Notes: a model not told the origin generated them from the sequence alone. A stretch of 64,000 nucleotides of DNA from an uncultured Verrucomicrobiae bacterium (GCA_963731265.1 CAVSUE010000001.1:1408001-1472000), one strand, 5' to 3'; shown: positions 9,493-20,734, counted from the stretch's first letter. Program-made: numbers and translations.

Positions 9493-10615
9493 ATGTCAAC
9501 AATTAATGGAAGTAGTTTATTATTTTTAAAAAATAAAATAGAAAACTTCAAAGATGCAAATGAAGCGTATAAGAAGTTCCACCTTCTCATCGCTTTGACT
9601 GAGGAAGCTTTTACTCATTTTCTAGAAGGGAAATTGGGCTGCTTCGATGCTTTGGTCGGAGAGAATGCCTGTGAGCTTAGAGCAGCTTATCTTTTAGATC
9701 TTGTCGATCAAGGTAAGGCCTTCAATGATACTTTGAAGGAAAAATTGAGGAAAGTTCAAGAGATTAAAGGAAAGATCATTAATTTCAAAGATCCTGCAAA
9801 TTACATAGAGGTAGGGGCCTTTTATCAAAAGAATGGGCTTGAGTTCGAACTTACACAAGATCAAACTTTCCTCATCCAATCCTACCTCCTCACAAAAACA
9901 AAGGTAACAGAAAAACAAGGGGAGAAATCAAACCCTTCTTTGCTTTGTTCCACGGTAGACATCGGGAAAAACTTCAGTAAAAACCTAATTAACGAAACAC
10001 AGAAGACCCTTTCCAAAGCTTCGGTCGCCTATATCCAAGACGAAGCGCAAAAGATCTCCGAATGCAAGCATCAGGAGATGCTAACTACTTTTACTGCAGA
10101 TTCGATGATCATGAAAGATAACACAGGTAAACTCGCTTTGCCTTGTTATTTTGCTTTGAAGACCGTCATATTGAGGATGTGGGAAAAAAAACAATTAATT
10201 TTATACAAAATTCATACCAATAGCTCAACAGCTCCCCTCTTTTTATTATTTGAGCCTTCAGAGTCTCATCGGCGTCTACCAGAGTACTAACATTCATCAG
10301 CATTTGGATAAGGCCGCTGCTGTTTGGGAAGGACAATCTGAAAGTTCAAAAGAGGAATTGCCATCCCTATTCCAGAAGTTAACTCCCATGGGAATTTTCG
10401 CAATGAATAATGCCCAACACCCCATGTTTTTTGGAAAAAACAAAAACAGCCCATCAGTTTGGAAATCCCCAAATGAATATCAGAAAAAAGCGATGCTAGA
10501 AGTGGCAGTTGCTCAGATTTTCTCTGACAAAACAGGTTGTCATTTAAAAAACAAAAAGGTTTTTCTACATGAACATAGCTTTTGCGATATGGTGAAAAAC
10601 CAAGTCAACGAGTAG
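9493..10615 (+). pseudogene. Hypothetical protein split by a +1 frameshift near 10260
   Basis: ORFs 9493-10290 and 10250-10615 overlap in adjacent frames and read as one continuous protein. Confidence 0.55.
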
Positions 10616-10632
10616 CAATTTTTCAGCGTTTA

Positions 10633-10663
10633 GAAGCAGTTAGGTTTTACGCCTAACTGCTTT
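10633..10663. terminator. Probable bidirectional terminator hairpin
   Basis: AAGCAGTTAGG-loop-CCTAACTGCTT between convergent genes. Confidence 0.55.
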
Positions 10664-11101
10664 TCATTCACGATGATCACTGTCAGAATAGATCTCTATC
10701 CCCTTACCCATCAAACAGTTGATCGTATGAGTGGCACCGATTGGCTTGAAGTTTTGAGGGTCATAATAAGTTGTGCGAATCGTGACAGCATTATCTGAAT
10801 GGAAGGTGTATTTGACGTATTCATAAATTGGATAACCTAAATGGTCGGAAAAATGCAGAAAGGAAGTCGCTACACGTTCGGAGGTTGCATCTGATGCAGG
10901 GATTAACATCATCACCGTAGGGGTCCAATATCCCACCGGCATGCCACATTTTCCCGTACATTCCTGAAGGTCCAACAGGATCACAAAACGATTTCCCGCA
11001 CGGATCGCGGATGTCAAATCTTGATAAGTTTGAATGGGTCCCGCAAAGACATTTAAGAATGCGGCGACCATGGCTAAACTCAGCAAAAAAATTTTCTTCA
11101 T
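10664..11101 (-). CDS. VirK family exported protein
   Basis: Signal peptide MKKIFLLSLAMVAAF; 'TYQDLTSAIRAG...LDLQEC', 'HFSDH...PIYEYVKY' pattern. Confidence 0.7.
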   Translation of the reverse strand: MKKIFLLSLAMVAAFLNVFAGPIQTYQDLTSAIRAGNRFVILLDLQECTGKCGMPVGYWTPTVMMLIPASDATSERVATSFLHFSDHLGYPIYEYVKYTFHSDNAVTIRTTYYDPQNFKPIGATHTINCLMGKGIEIYSDSDHRE

Positions 11102-11359
11102 GAAATTTTCTCCAATGAAACCTGCATTTACATGGAAACATCTACATTGAGGACAACGCCAAATCGAGCCAATCCAATACCCTAACAAACGAAAGCGCAT
11201 AATTCGAAAATTTCTTTCTCGCTGAAATGCTCTTTCAACACCTCTATGTAAACTTATCTTCCGTTGCCGTAAATAAAAATCTAGGAAAGCAATAAATTTT
11301 TGATTCCATTTTTTTTACATGCGTGGCAAAAGGAAATCATCACTGAAGGAGAGGGCCAA

Positions 11360-11707
11360 ATGAAGACTTTGCGCATTTTAGGTATCATAGTATTGATTGC
11401 AGGAATTGGTTGTATTTTCGGTTCCAATTATATTACCAATCAGGTGAACGAAGGAAAAATCAAAATTGAAAAAGGGCAAAAGACAGTCGATCAGAGCAAT
11501 AGTTTATTCTCTTCAAATCCGGTTACTAAACAAGTAGGTAAAGGATTGACCTCTTCTTCTCAAAAGAAGATCAACGCGGGCAAAGAACAAGTCTCCTACT
11601 ATGAACAAATGGCTGAGACACTGAAAATAGGCGGAATTGTGGGGATCATCGTAGGAGCTGGGTTAACCATTTTCAGTTTTTTTGGTCCACGCAAAAAGCT
11701 CCGCTAA
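11360..11707 (+). CDS. Two-TM hypothetical membrane protein
   Basis: GGAGAGGG RBS; hydrophobic helices at both ends. Confidence 0.7.
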   Translation: MKTLRILGIIVLIAGIGCIFGSNYITNQVNEGKIKIEKGQKTVDQSNSLFSSNPVTKQVGKGLTSSSQKKINAGKEQVSYYEQMAETLKIGGIVGIIVGAGLTIFSFFGPRKKLR

Positions 11708-11785
11708 AATGATCCTCTGCTGGCTGCGGCTTCGCCCAATCGATGTTCCTTAGCCAAAAAAAATGAACTGATTTTTTGGAGGACT

Positions 11786-11943
11786 TATATTGGCTGACGG
11801 TTGAAAGTTAGAGAAAATTTCGATTTTAGCGCTCCCATTTTTGTTGTTGGAGCAGATCATGCGCAATCACATGGTCGACAGAACAAACAAAAAGGCAGAA
11901 GATGCTCCAGCAGAAATTTTCATGAGTTTCAATTGGAAGCAGG
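11786..11943 (+). mobile_element. MITE family A, degenerate copy 2
   Basis: Colinear similarity to 6411-6595 (GCTGAC..TTGAAAGTTA..AGCGCT..AACAAAAAGGC..GAAGATGCT..GCAGAAATTTTC..TGGAAG). Confidence 0.7.
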
Positions 11944-11953
11944 GGAGAATGAT

Positions 11954-12415
11954 TTAGCGCGAGCCATGGTCTAGTGACTTTTCGCGAGCTGATTCTGAAA
12001 AATAATCTAGTGATCCACGTATTCTATCTAAAGAAGGCAAGGGGTTCAAAATTGATTCTTGCAGATAGTTTAAAATCCAAGTAACGAAATTTCCCTGAGA
12101 AAGCTGAGTATTGGTCTGACTGTAAAATTCATCAAGTTTTCGAATGATCCCTTTTGGAATTTCGGGATCGTATAAATTCAACGATATCCTTGCGATTTGC
12201 TGCGGTTCCATTCCATTGACAAACGCATTCAAAGAAACACTGTTATCTGTTGCCCAAGGGGACGAATTCACTCCCAGCGGTTCAATTACTCTAGTCCCCC
12301 AAAATGTGACCCTAGGTTGGGTGCTGTCCAAGATGTTTTTGAATTCCTCAAGTTGCCCGACACAACCTAGTGAATTGGTAGCCTCTATACGAGAGGTTAG
12401 TGTTGAATGTGGCAT
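11954..12415 (-). CDS. Hypothetical protein
   Basis: 153-aa ORF with an AT-rich upstream region; no recognised motif. Confidence 0.55.
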   Translation of the reverse strand: MPHSTLTSRIEATNSLGCVGQLEEFKNILDSTQPRVTFWGTRVIEPLGVNSSPWATDNSVSLNAFVNGMEPQQIARISLNLYDPEIPKGIIRKLDEFYSQTNTQLSQGNFVTWILNYLQESILNPLPSLDRIRGSLDYFSESAREKSLDHGSR

Positions 12416-12915
12416 GATATTTCCATTTATATACGCAATAAATGAATTATAACATTACTAACAATTAAAAACCAGAATAGATCATTAAATAAATAAATTT
12501 GAATTCCAACTGAAACTATTCTTAGGGCTGCAGTTTGTTATTTCATTTGGAAATAAAGAATTGGTTGGATAAAAATTTGGTTTCACACACAAAACATTCG
12601 CTGTAAATTTTTAACAAATCTCTATTCAGAGCCCAACGAAGACTTATCCTGTCCTTGAGTACAAGCAAATTTTACTAGGAAAACTAGGGAATTGAGAATA
12701 ATCGAGTTCAAGGGCAAGAAATTAGCAACTATGAATTTTCAAAGAAAGTGATCTGTTTATCATTTGATTCCAAGTGTGTATATCCATTCCTTGTTACTTT
12801 GACACATCAATAATTGAAAAATAAAGTTAGAAGTATTATCAATATATTTATTTTTAAAGAAATTATCTCCACATTTTAATATAGCTTAAGAAAAAGTAAT
12901 GTACAGAGGAAGGGT

Positions 12916-13455
12916 TTATGAAGCTTTTGGAATGACAGGCACAAAGCCTTTGATATCAGACATTGAAAAACCTTTGGGAAGGTCCTGCTGGGAGGCTTTA
13001 TGCCAGGGTATATTTTTTCCGAAGATCCACAGCTCACCCCGGACAATAAGATCATCGCCTTTAACCCAAAGTTCAGCATCATAGACTTTTCCTTTCTGGG
13101 GATCTATGATTTTACCTTTGTATTTGTCGGTTTCTTCTCCGTTATGTTTCTCTCTTTCTACATTATAGACAAAATCCATTCCGCAGTAAGGAGGATTCCC
13201 TACGACACCTGTCGCCTTCTCTCTTTTTTCGAGAATCGTGTCCTTGATCTTCCCGTCATCATCATATGTGGCTAGCATTCTTCCATAGTACTTGTCGTGA
13301 TATTTATAAATTGCTACGAGAGATCGAGGCTTGTCTGAGTGCTGATCTCTGCTTTTCCATAAGCCAGTGATGTCGTCTTGTCGTTCCGAACTGGTTGAAC
13401 AGGAAAACAGAATCAATGTTGCGCAAGAGAGAAATAATAACAGTGCTTTAATCAT
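12916..13455 (-). CDS. DUF2147 family lipoprotein
   Basis: Lipobox LFSC; GLWKS, 'GKIIDPQKGKVY', 'LIVRG'. Confidence 0.8.
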   Translation of the reverse strand: MIKALLLFLSCATLILFSCSTSSERQDDITGLWKSRDQHSDKPRSLVAIYKYHDKYYGRMLATYDDDGKIKDTILEKREKATGVVGNPPYCGMDFVYNVEREKHNGEETDKYKGKIIDPQKGKVYDAELWVKGDDLIVRGELWIFGKNIPWHKASQQDLPKGFSMSDIKGFVPVIPKAS

Positions 13456-13590
13456 AATCTATGGATACATGAAAAACGAGTGTATTGTCAATTAAAATGC
13501 GGAAAAATATTTTCAGGGAGGCTGAGGACCGTTCCCTGGACCGCTTTTTTTATCCTATATTTTATAGGAAGATTCCAGTTGACTAGAACG

Positions 13591-13986
13591 TTACGACAAT
13601 TTTTCGTGTTGCGAATCGCGAAAAAATTTAGCTATTCTTTTTTTCGTTACAATCCCTTGAGCTACTCCTAGAATGATTTCTTGGTACTCGGCATCAAAAA
13701 TGGCAAACCCTTTTTTACAATTCGAAGCAAAGAAAATCATCGCTGCCATTGAAGCGGTACGTTTATTACCATCTACAAATGGATGATTTTGAATAAGATG
13801 AAACAGATACGCCGCTGTTTTATCATAAATTCTACGATGTAAGTCCTTTCCCTCGAAACGTGCCTTTGGCATTTCTAAAGCGGATCTCAAAAGTCCTTCG
13901 TTTAGAATCCCCTTTCGTCCACCGTATTCATCAATTAAACTATCATGAACTTCAATAACATATTCATAAGTAATGTAACGAATCAC
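13591..13986 (-). CDS. doc: Doc/Fic family toxin (death-on-curing)
   Basis: HPFVDGNKRT Doc motif; 'LLRSALEMP'. Confidence 0.9.
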   Translation of the reverse strand: MIRYITYEYVIEVHDSLIDEYGGRKGILNEGLLRSALEMPKARFEGKDLHRRIYDKTAAYLFHLIQNHPFVDGNKRTASMAAMIFFASNCKKGFAIFDAEYQEIILGVAQGIVTKKRIAKFFRDSQHEKLS

Positions 13987-14213
13987 AAATCCGCCAAATT
14001 CTGCATAAGTTTTTTGTGTTTTTTATTTAGTTCTTTGAAATTTTCACGAAACTCATCATGTGTGGTATCCTGGACGGACTGGATAACCAATCCCCCGCTA
14101 GGGTTCACTGAAATTTGGAAAAGAGCATCTTCTGGAATTCCTGCAGCTTCTAAAATAGCTTTATCGACTACTATTGCACGGCTATTGCCATGCTTAATCA
14201 AGCGTTTTAGCAT
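13983..14213 (-). CDS. AbrB/MazE-fold antitoxin
   Basis: MLKRLIKHGNSRAIVVDK; 4-nt overlap with the toxin gene. Confidence 0.85.
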   Translation of the reverse strand: MLKRLIKHGNSRAIVVDKAILEAAGIPEDALFQISVNPSGGLVIQSVQDTTHDEFRENFKELNKKHKKLMQNLADL

Positions 14214-14636
14214 AATTACCCCTCCTTATCTCCGTATCCACAATGTTACTACGAAAATCACTTCGAAAACTACAGAATTGTGTAACTAATTGATTTTCAA
14301 GATATAGCGATCTTAGAGTAAGGCACGAGAAATGTCAGTGTACGGCTTGGGAGGGTTCGATCTGATGTTAAGGCGACGCATCAAAAACCGATTCATCAGG
14401 CTGTTTGATATATCAATACTTGTGATTGATAATTTATATTTGCATCTTTTAAGATGTTGTAATATCAATTATACAGCTGGAGGAATTTTGTGAGCTTGAC
14501 CTTGCCCCTCCAGTCGGACCACTCGCCCATAGAGGTTACGCGGTTATGACCTTGCCCCCTTTTTTGGTCCGGGCTAAATGCGAAAAATCGGGTTATTTTT
14601 TCTTGAGATTGCCCATTTCTCGAGATAAAGTTTAGC

Positions 14637-15497
14637 CTATACACACTCCAGTTTTGGACTAAAGTTTTCGAGCTCTCCGAAGCCCCGAGCATAGCCGCCA
14701 AATAGCTCGGCGAGGGGCGGGGAAGCGAGCCACTTGCTCGCCTCAGCGAACTCTCGGGGTGTTGCATTTTTTAACGAACTGTGAGGCCTTTGCTCATTGT
14801 AATCTATTCGCCATGCTTTTGCCTTCATCTGTGCGTCTTCTAGAGACAGGAACCAGTGCTGATTCAGGCATTCTTGGCGAAACCTGCTATTAAAACTCTC
14901 AATGAAAGCATTATCTGTAGGCTTTCCCGGCCTGGAAAAATCTAGCTTAATCCCTTGTCCGTAAGCCCATAAATCAAGCTCCTTTGAAATAAATTCTGGC
15001 CCATTATCCACTTTAATAGCTTCCGGTCGGCCATGCTCTTTAATCGCTTCTTCTAAAAAACGCACTACATCCGTTCCTTTGCATGAAACTCCCACTCCGA
15101 TCCCAGGGCTTTCCCTTGTAAAATTGTCCACGATCGTCAAAAACCGAATTCGGTGTCCGTTATACAGCTCATCTGAAACAAAATCCATACTCCAACACTC
15201 GTTCTTTTTCCCGGCTATTACTGGGTCTCTTCTCGTTTTAATACTAACTGTTCTTCTTGGAACTTTCAATCGCATTTGCAGGCTTTCCTTACAATACAGA
15301 CGGTAGATTCTTTTGTGGTTCACGGACCACCCTTCCCGCTGCAACAAAGTGTGAATCCGACGATAACCATAGCGTACACGGATTGATGCGATTTCTTTGA
15401 CCCGTTTAACTAAAAATGCCTGATCTCCTCGAATTGACTTGTAACGGTGCACAGATCGGCGAATATGCAGCACTGCACAAGCTCTTCTTTCGCTCAC
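14637..15497 (-). CDS. IS3 transposase OrfB (DDE/rve integrase core)
   Basis: [41 protein letters not shown]. Confidence 0.95.
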   Translation of the reverse strand: MSERRACAVLHIRRSVHRYKSIRGDQAFLVKRVKEIASIRVRYGYRRIHTLLQREGWSVNHKRIYRLYCKESLQMRLKVPRRTVSIKTRRDPVIAGKKNECWSMDFVSDELYNGHRIRFLTIVDNFTRESPGIGVGVSCKGTDVVRFLEEAIKEHGRPEAIKVDNGPEFISKELDLWAYGQGIKLDFSRPGKPTDNAFIESFNSRFRQECLNQHWFLSLEDAQMKAKAWRIDYNEQRPHSSLKNATPREFAEASKWLASPPLAELFGGYARGFGELENFSPKLECV

Positions 15498-15547
15498 TCG
15501 ATGAACGAGAACTAGCTCTTTGACTAGTTCTCGTTGGAGAGCAGGCT

Positions 15548-15814
15548 TTAAAGCTTTTTTGAAAGCACCTCTTGCAGCATGTGTTTGTCTAGATTCAAAT
15601 CAGCTACAAGCTGCTTTAATCGACGATTTTCCTCTTCCAATTGTTTTAACCGTCGAAGTTCGGAAGGCATCAGCCCACCATATTTCTTCTTCCATTGGTA
15701 AAATGTTGCCTGCGAAATGCCAAGCTTGCGACAAATTTCGTCGATAATGGTTCCGTTTTCTGCCTGTTTCAAAGCGAAAACTATTTGCTCTTCCGTAAAT
15801 TTGCTTTTCTTCAT
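15548..15814 (-). CDS. IS3 transposase OrfA (HTH), ends in an A6G -1 frameshift site
   Basis: [11 protein letters not shown]...WKKKYGG...[16 protein letters not shown] on the minus strand at 15554-15560. Confidence 0.95.
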   Translation of the reverse strand: MKKSKFTEEQIVFALKQAENGTIIDEICRKLGISQATFYQWKKKYGGLMPSELRRLKQLEEENRRLKQLVADLNLDKHMLQEVLSKKL

Positions 15815-16583
15815 CGAAAATCCCTTTGTTTCTAAAAACTTCTAGAATGGGATTTTTCGCATTATTTTTGGACCATTTTTTGGGGAGCAGACCAAAGCTT
15901 AACCACCCAACCCTTCACTTCTGGCAAGAATGATGTCATTGCAGTTTCTGGAGAATCTGTTAAACAACCACTTTCCATACAAGATATCAGCAAAAAAATC
16001 TCTTCTATTGATGCCTCTCAAATTGAGCTTTTAGGCTATAATATTGCTGAACATGTCGCGAATAATTTAGGGCCCATTTGCAAAGCTCGCGTTGCGAAGC
16101 AAGTTATGCAAAAAAAAGGCCAGCAGAGCAACATGGATCAGCGCTTGACGATAATTCATGCAAAAATGGCAATGAATAGTGGGAATACCAAATTTCTCTC
16201 AGATACAGACTTTGTAAAATTTTGTCTTGCTGCGGCAACGTCTATTAAACCAATCATCACGGATTCTTTTTCTAGGCCAAACTGGTTTCTGGAATCCGGA
16301 ATACTCTTCGAGATTTCGGATTCGGATTTTGAACCAAGGGGCTTTCTAAGTGTTTCAGCGAGAAAGATCGGCATCGATCTCACCTCATGTGATGTTCCAA
16401 GTGAATATGCAATCTATTTAAAACTAGATAAAGATCTAATGTTGGAAAATCCGGAATTGGTTTTTGTGTTAATTGGAACCAGCGAAGGTGTTGTGATTTC
16501 AAGAAAAACATTCACTATTAAAGAGTTAGAACAACAATTTCATGACTCCTAGAGGAAAATCCAATTCTAGGAAACCTAAGTAA

Positions 16584-16727
16584 GTGAGCTGAAATATTTA
16601 TAATGAAATTCAAGGAGCTATTCACTGAGATTTCGCAGCGGACGGCGAAGGCAATGTTTGAACACAGGCCTGAGGAGACCGATGTGAAAGATCGCGAAAA
16701 GAACTTGAAGGTCATTATAAATCTTTA
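16584..16727 (+). mobile_element. MITE family B, short copy
   Basis: Shares GTGAGCTGAAATATTTA.. and GATGTGAAAGATCGCGAAAAGAACTTGAAGGTCATT with the reverse complement of 38537-38762. Confidence 0.8.
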
Positions 16728-16736
16728 AGCGAACTT

Positions 16737-16786
16737 TAGTGCCCCGATACAAAAATTTTTGGAATAATTTCTGCAACGGGGCACTA
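16737..16786. mobile_element. 50-bp mini-element with TAGTGCCCCG/CGGGGCACTA ends (IS630-like TA ends)
   Basis: Perfect 10-bp terminal IR; the same end CGGGGCACTA occurs at 28444-28453. Confidence 0.6.
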
Positions 16787-16996
16787 GGAAACAGCGGATT
16801 ACAAGTCCATCCCGCTTTCCTTAAACTACCGCAAGTTACAGTAGCTGACAGCAACCGCTATACTGTGTAAAAGCCCTTTTCATCCATGCCATTTTAAAGC
16901 CGTTTTTCATTCGCAGAGCAATTCCTGCATTCTGGCACAAATTCTTGACAACAAAAATTTTGTTATTGATAGTGTTGTATCCCGGAGGAATTACCT

Positions 16997-18732
16997 ATGA
17001 AAATCAAATTGATCACCCTCGTTTTAGTAACTGCTACAGTCAATCTTTTTGGCGGTCAACCTTATCGATGCAAACTGTCGGGAAACAAACTAGAGGCAGA
17101 CATCATAGTCATAGGTGGTGGAGCAGCTGGTTGCGTATTGATGAGCGAGCTATCAGAGAATGGTCGCTTTTCAGTATTAGGAATAGAGGCGGGGCTAAAT
17201 TTAACAAGTGATCCAGCAATAGAGGCTGTGGGTCTCCCAGCATTCCTATTGGCTGGGACAGGAAAGTACAAGTATTTTTGGCCAGGATGGAATCAAACCG
17301 TACCCATGCCAGGACTCAATGGACGAACAAGTGATTGGACAACAGGAATGGTGTTGGGCGGGGGCGCATCGATTAACGGATTATACTATGGTCGCGGGTC
17401 GAATGCGGTATACTCGCTTTGGGAAGTAGTTTCTGGCAGCAGCAATTGGAGTTTGGACAATATTCTGGCAACCTTCAAAGCTCTTGAGAACTACCAAGGA
17501 TTGACAATCACACCAGGGGCACGAGGAAACAACGGTCCTCTCAATGTGCTACAGACACCTACGGTGTCGCAGATAACAACAAACGTACTATTACCCGCGT
17601 CACAGGCAGCATTTCCAGGAATTCCAACTGTAGTGGACTATAATGATCCGAGTGTGGAGAACTGTATAGACCCTCGTGCTCAGTGGTTTATTGATCCTAC
17701 AGGCACCAAACGAGTGAGTAGCGCGACAGCATATTTAAATAGCTCGGTTATGACGCCAGAAGGTCAAGGAGTTAATGGACACACACTGTTTGTGCTCTTC
17801 GATTCCGTAGCTGTGAAAATAATATTTGACGACCATGGGCGTGCCAAAAAAGTAAAATATATCCAGGACGGCCAACTCTTGGAGGCACGGGCTCGGAAAG
17901 CCGTTGTTTTGGCGGGTGGCATCAACAGTAGCAAGTTGCTACAGCTTTCGGGCATAGGTCCGTCGCAAGCGCTGAAGAATGCAGGGATCAAGCCCGTTTT
18001 CATCAATGAAAACGTAGGAAAACATCTCCAAAACCATCCGCTCATCTTCATTACGTTGTCAGCAGATCCCTCACAGAATGGTATACCTCCTGGAGCACCG
18101 TATGCATTTACTATCCATAATGTCTACTTGCCAGTAGTGGCAAGGTATTGCAAGCGATCCGCGAATGCTACAGATTTTGTTCGAATACATACCGGCAATC
18201 CCACCATTACCACCGTTTGTAGCAATGGGATTTGAGCTTTTGAACCCATTGAGTGAGGGTAGTGTCACAATCCAAAGTGACAACTCATTTCAGATAGCCG
18301 CAGCTGACGACGGCTTTTACCAAAATCCTGTGGACCTGGAGAATATGAAGAATGCTGTCAAGTTCTATATTCGCAATCTGCTAACGCAACTAGCCAGCAT
18401 TGGCGGGGGTTACTATCAACCCATTCTAACTGACCCGATCAACTTAGTTATCTATTCAAGGTTATAGCGACGCAGCGGTTGAAGCGTACGTGAAAAATAA
18501 TAGCAATCTTTCACTGGATGTACACCACTTTACATCGCACTGTAAAATGGCTCCTCTGAACGCCGGAGGTGTGGTCGATGGCGATACACGTGTTTATGGC
18601 ACAAAGAACGTTTTTGTAGCGGATGACTCCATCTGTCCGGTGATTCCCGATATCAATACGGCAGCATCAGCTATGATGATCGGATTACGGAGCAGCCAAA
18701 TCATTAAACATGTCTTGCACAAAGAAAAATAA
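16997..18732 (+). pseudogene. GMC family oxidoreductase with two +1 frameshifts
   Basis: GGGAAG, LGGGASING, LLQLSGIGP, VGKHLQNH in ORF1; SEGSVTI in ORF2; HHFTSHCKM..GVVD..VADDS..NTAA in ORF3. Confidence 0.85.
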
Positions 18733-18748
18733 CAATGAGATCACCCTC

Positions 18749-19384
18749 ATGAAGAAAAATATACTGTTACTTTTAATGGCGCTCGTATTTTTCATGGCAG
18801 CTGATGCACAAGCCCATGAACGGTGTGCTGAAGTTGTTGATAAGGCAAATTTCTATGCCAAGATTTTGGGCGGTGCTAATTTCTTGCAAAACACTACATT
18901 CGAAGAAAACAAATCCACATATCAGGCAGGGTATATTGTTGCCGGTTCGTTGGGTTATTGTTGGCGTTATTATGGCTTGCATTTGGAAGGTGAATATGCT
19001 TTTAGAAAAAATGCCATAAGTAAAACCCATTTTGTTACAGAAGGTTTTTCCACGCAAGGACATGTCCAAACTTCCTCGTGCATGGCCAACTTATTATGGG
19101 ATTTGCTGGGGTGCGCATTTTGGAAAATCCAACCTTTTATTGGAGCTGGCATAGGCTATGATTTCCAACAGATGCATGCCTCAAATTCTCGTGTTGTTTT
19201 TCACCAAAAGTGGAACCGTTTTTCTTGGCAAGCGATGGCTGGGTTTGCCTATCCGATCTTCCGCAATACAGAGATCACCTTGGAATACAAATTCCATCAG
19301 GGAGGTCATTTCTATAACCAATCCGTCGGAGTTGGGCTCGTATATAAATTTGGCTTCTCAAGGCAGTGTTCGGGTCAAGCCTGA
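18749..19384 (+). CDS. Outer-membrane beta-barrel protein (OmpA/Opa-like)
   Basis: Signal peptide; GSLGY, LEGEY, MANLLWD, PFIGAGIGY, WQAMAG, LEYKF. Confidence 0.8.
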   Translation: MKKNILLLLMALVFFMAADAQAHERCAEVVDKANFYAKILGGANFLQNTTFEENKSTYQAGYIVAGSLGYCWRYYGLHLEGEYAFRKNAISKTHFVTEGFSTQGHVQTSSCMANLLWDLLGCAFWKIQPFIGAGIGYDFQQMHASNSRVVFHQKWNRFSWQAMAGFAYPIFRNTEITLEYKFHQGGHFYNQSVGVGLVYKFGFSRQCSGQA

Positions 19385-19458
19385 TCGAGTAGGAGAACGC
19401 TGATTCGCAAAAGTGACTATGTAATTCAATAGAAAAAAATCGTGAAGAGATTAATAGA

Positions 19459-19671
19459 TCATTTCTTGGGACGCTGTGTTTTGGGCTTTTTCTTACTCGC
19501 AGGCTTGATAGGGACAAGCTCATATCGATATGGCGGTTTGATTTCTACAATCTTGCCATCTCGAGCAAAAACAAGTGCGGTGCCCGTACGAACAGCAGTT
19601 TCAAAAGCTCTTTTAAAGCTTCTTGCATGCGCTTTTAGTATCATTTCATTGATCTCATCGTTCATAGGCAA
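19459..19671 (-). CDS. Small protein downstream of zeta-like ATPase (putative antitoxin)
   Basis: Overlaps the ATPase stop; 'LVFARDGKIVEI' resembles the small partners of these ATPases. Confidence 0.6.
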   Translation of the reverse strand: MPMNDEINEMILKAHARSFKRAFETAVRTGTALVFARDGKIVEIKPPYRYELVPIKPASKKKPKTQRPKK

Positions 19672-20242
19672 CCTTCTCTATCCTTTCCCAAATCACTTTA
19701 TCCAGGACTTCTAAGCTGCTGTTCATGTTTTTTCTAGCAACCATCCTTTTTAATGACTCTTCAGAAGAATTATCCATAATGAGAGCACTATCGGCAAGCG
19801 GCAGGTAGTGGACTACGAGATTCTTGAGTCCAGCATAATAGCGCCTTACGATAGCCTCTTTAGGAACATGATGGCCTCCCTGCTTTACCCTCTGGACTAC
19901 TCGCTTTACTGCTTGCTCAGGACTTGTAAGCCACAAAAAAGTGAGGCTGATTTCATATCCTTTTGATTTTGCAGCTTTTAGATGTTTTACATAATTGATT
20001 CCCGATGCCGTTGTTTCAAAGGCAAAGCTCTTATTATCTTCCAAAAGCTCTTTAAGTCTTTTCAACATCAATTTGCTCGCAGTTAAGGCCATACTTTCAG
20101 GATGTAAAGGGGCAAGCCCTCTGGCAATCTCATCAGCATTGATAAATTCGTAAAGCATCGTCTGACCAGCAGTTAACTCTAGGGTCATTGTAGTCTTACC
20201 GGCTCCATTGGGACCTGCGATCATCAAAATCTTTTTCGACAC
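19655..20242 (-). CDS. Zeta-toxin/AAA family P-loop ATPase
   Basis: IAGPNGAGKTT, FINADEIA, FAFETT, RVKQGGHHVP; probable GTG start at 20242. Confidence 0.85.
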   Translation of the reverse strand: MSKKILMIAGPNGAGKTTMTLELTAGQTMLYEFINADEIARGLAPLHPESMALTASKLMLKRLKELLEDNKSFAFETTASGINYVKHLKAAKSKGYEISLTFLWLTSPEQAVKRVVQRVKQGGHHVPKEAIVRRYYAGLKNLVVHYLPLADSALIMDNSSEESLKRMVARKNMNSSLEVLDKVIWERIEKVAYER

Positions 20243-20481
20243 GGACCTAAATCCCTCCACGATCCAAGATGGCACTTTCAGACAAAATAGGCAATGACCT
20301 TAAATCAACCTATATCGCCAAAGTCTACAGGGGAACGTAAATTTTTTCTAGAGATTCGTAGTAGTAGAAGGTGATTCATTTCAAGGCAGCGAGATTAGCA
20401 ATATTACGGCGTTTGCTACAGGAGGACTACCTCTGATCTCGCCTTCCCAAGGCTATTACATTCAACGGGATAAAATCACCT

Positions 20482-20563
20482 TATACCAATCGCAGCAAAT
20501 AACTTCCTATTTCGGCAGCTTTCACGCAGTTCAAATAGGAAGTTATTTGCTGCGATTGGCATT
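20482..20563. repeat. Short palindromic element with perfect 27-bp arms
   Basis: CCAATCGCAGCAAATAACTTCCTATTT ... AAATAGGAAGTTATTTGCTGCGATTGG, starting with TATAC like the other MITEs. Confidence 0.8.
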
Positions 20564-20734
20564 AATTGCTTTTATCAAAGGGTAGCGAATTAAAGAATTT
20601 GTTTTTACTTATGAACTTTTTCATTGTCGGGCAAAAAAATCACAGACAAAAAAAAATTGTGATAGGAGTAAAAGGTAATACCGTCTTACCCTGGGAATGG
20701 TCAAATGAAGGGAAAAACAAAAAAGAGAAGGCGT

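Larger units (their letters stand above)
14496..15895 (-). mobile_element. IS3-family insertion sequence (IS407-group-like)
   Basis: orfA/orfB layout; IRs TGGTCTGCTCCCC..TGGTCC and TGACCTTGCCCC..GGACC; AGC duplicated at 14493-14495 and 15896-15898. Confidence 0.92.
14490..16552 (+). pseudogene. Hypothetical gene (~219 aa) interrupted by IS3 after its second codon
   Basis: GGAGGA RBS then GTG AGC at 14490-14495; after the IS, TTA ACC ACC... (15899 on) runs stop-free in frame into ORF 16106-16552. Confidence 0.75.
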
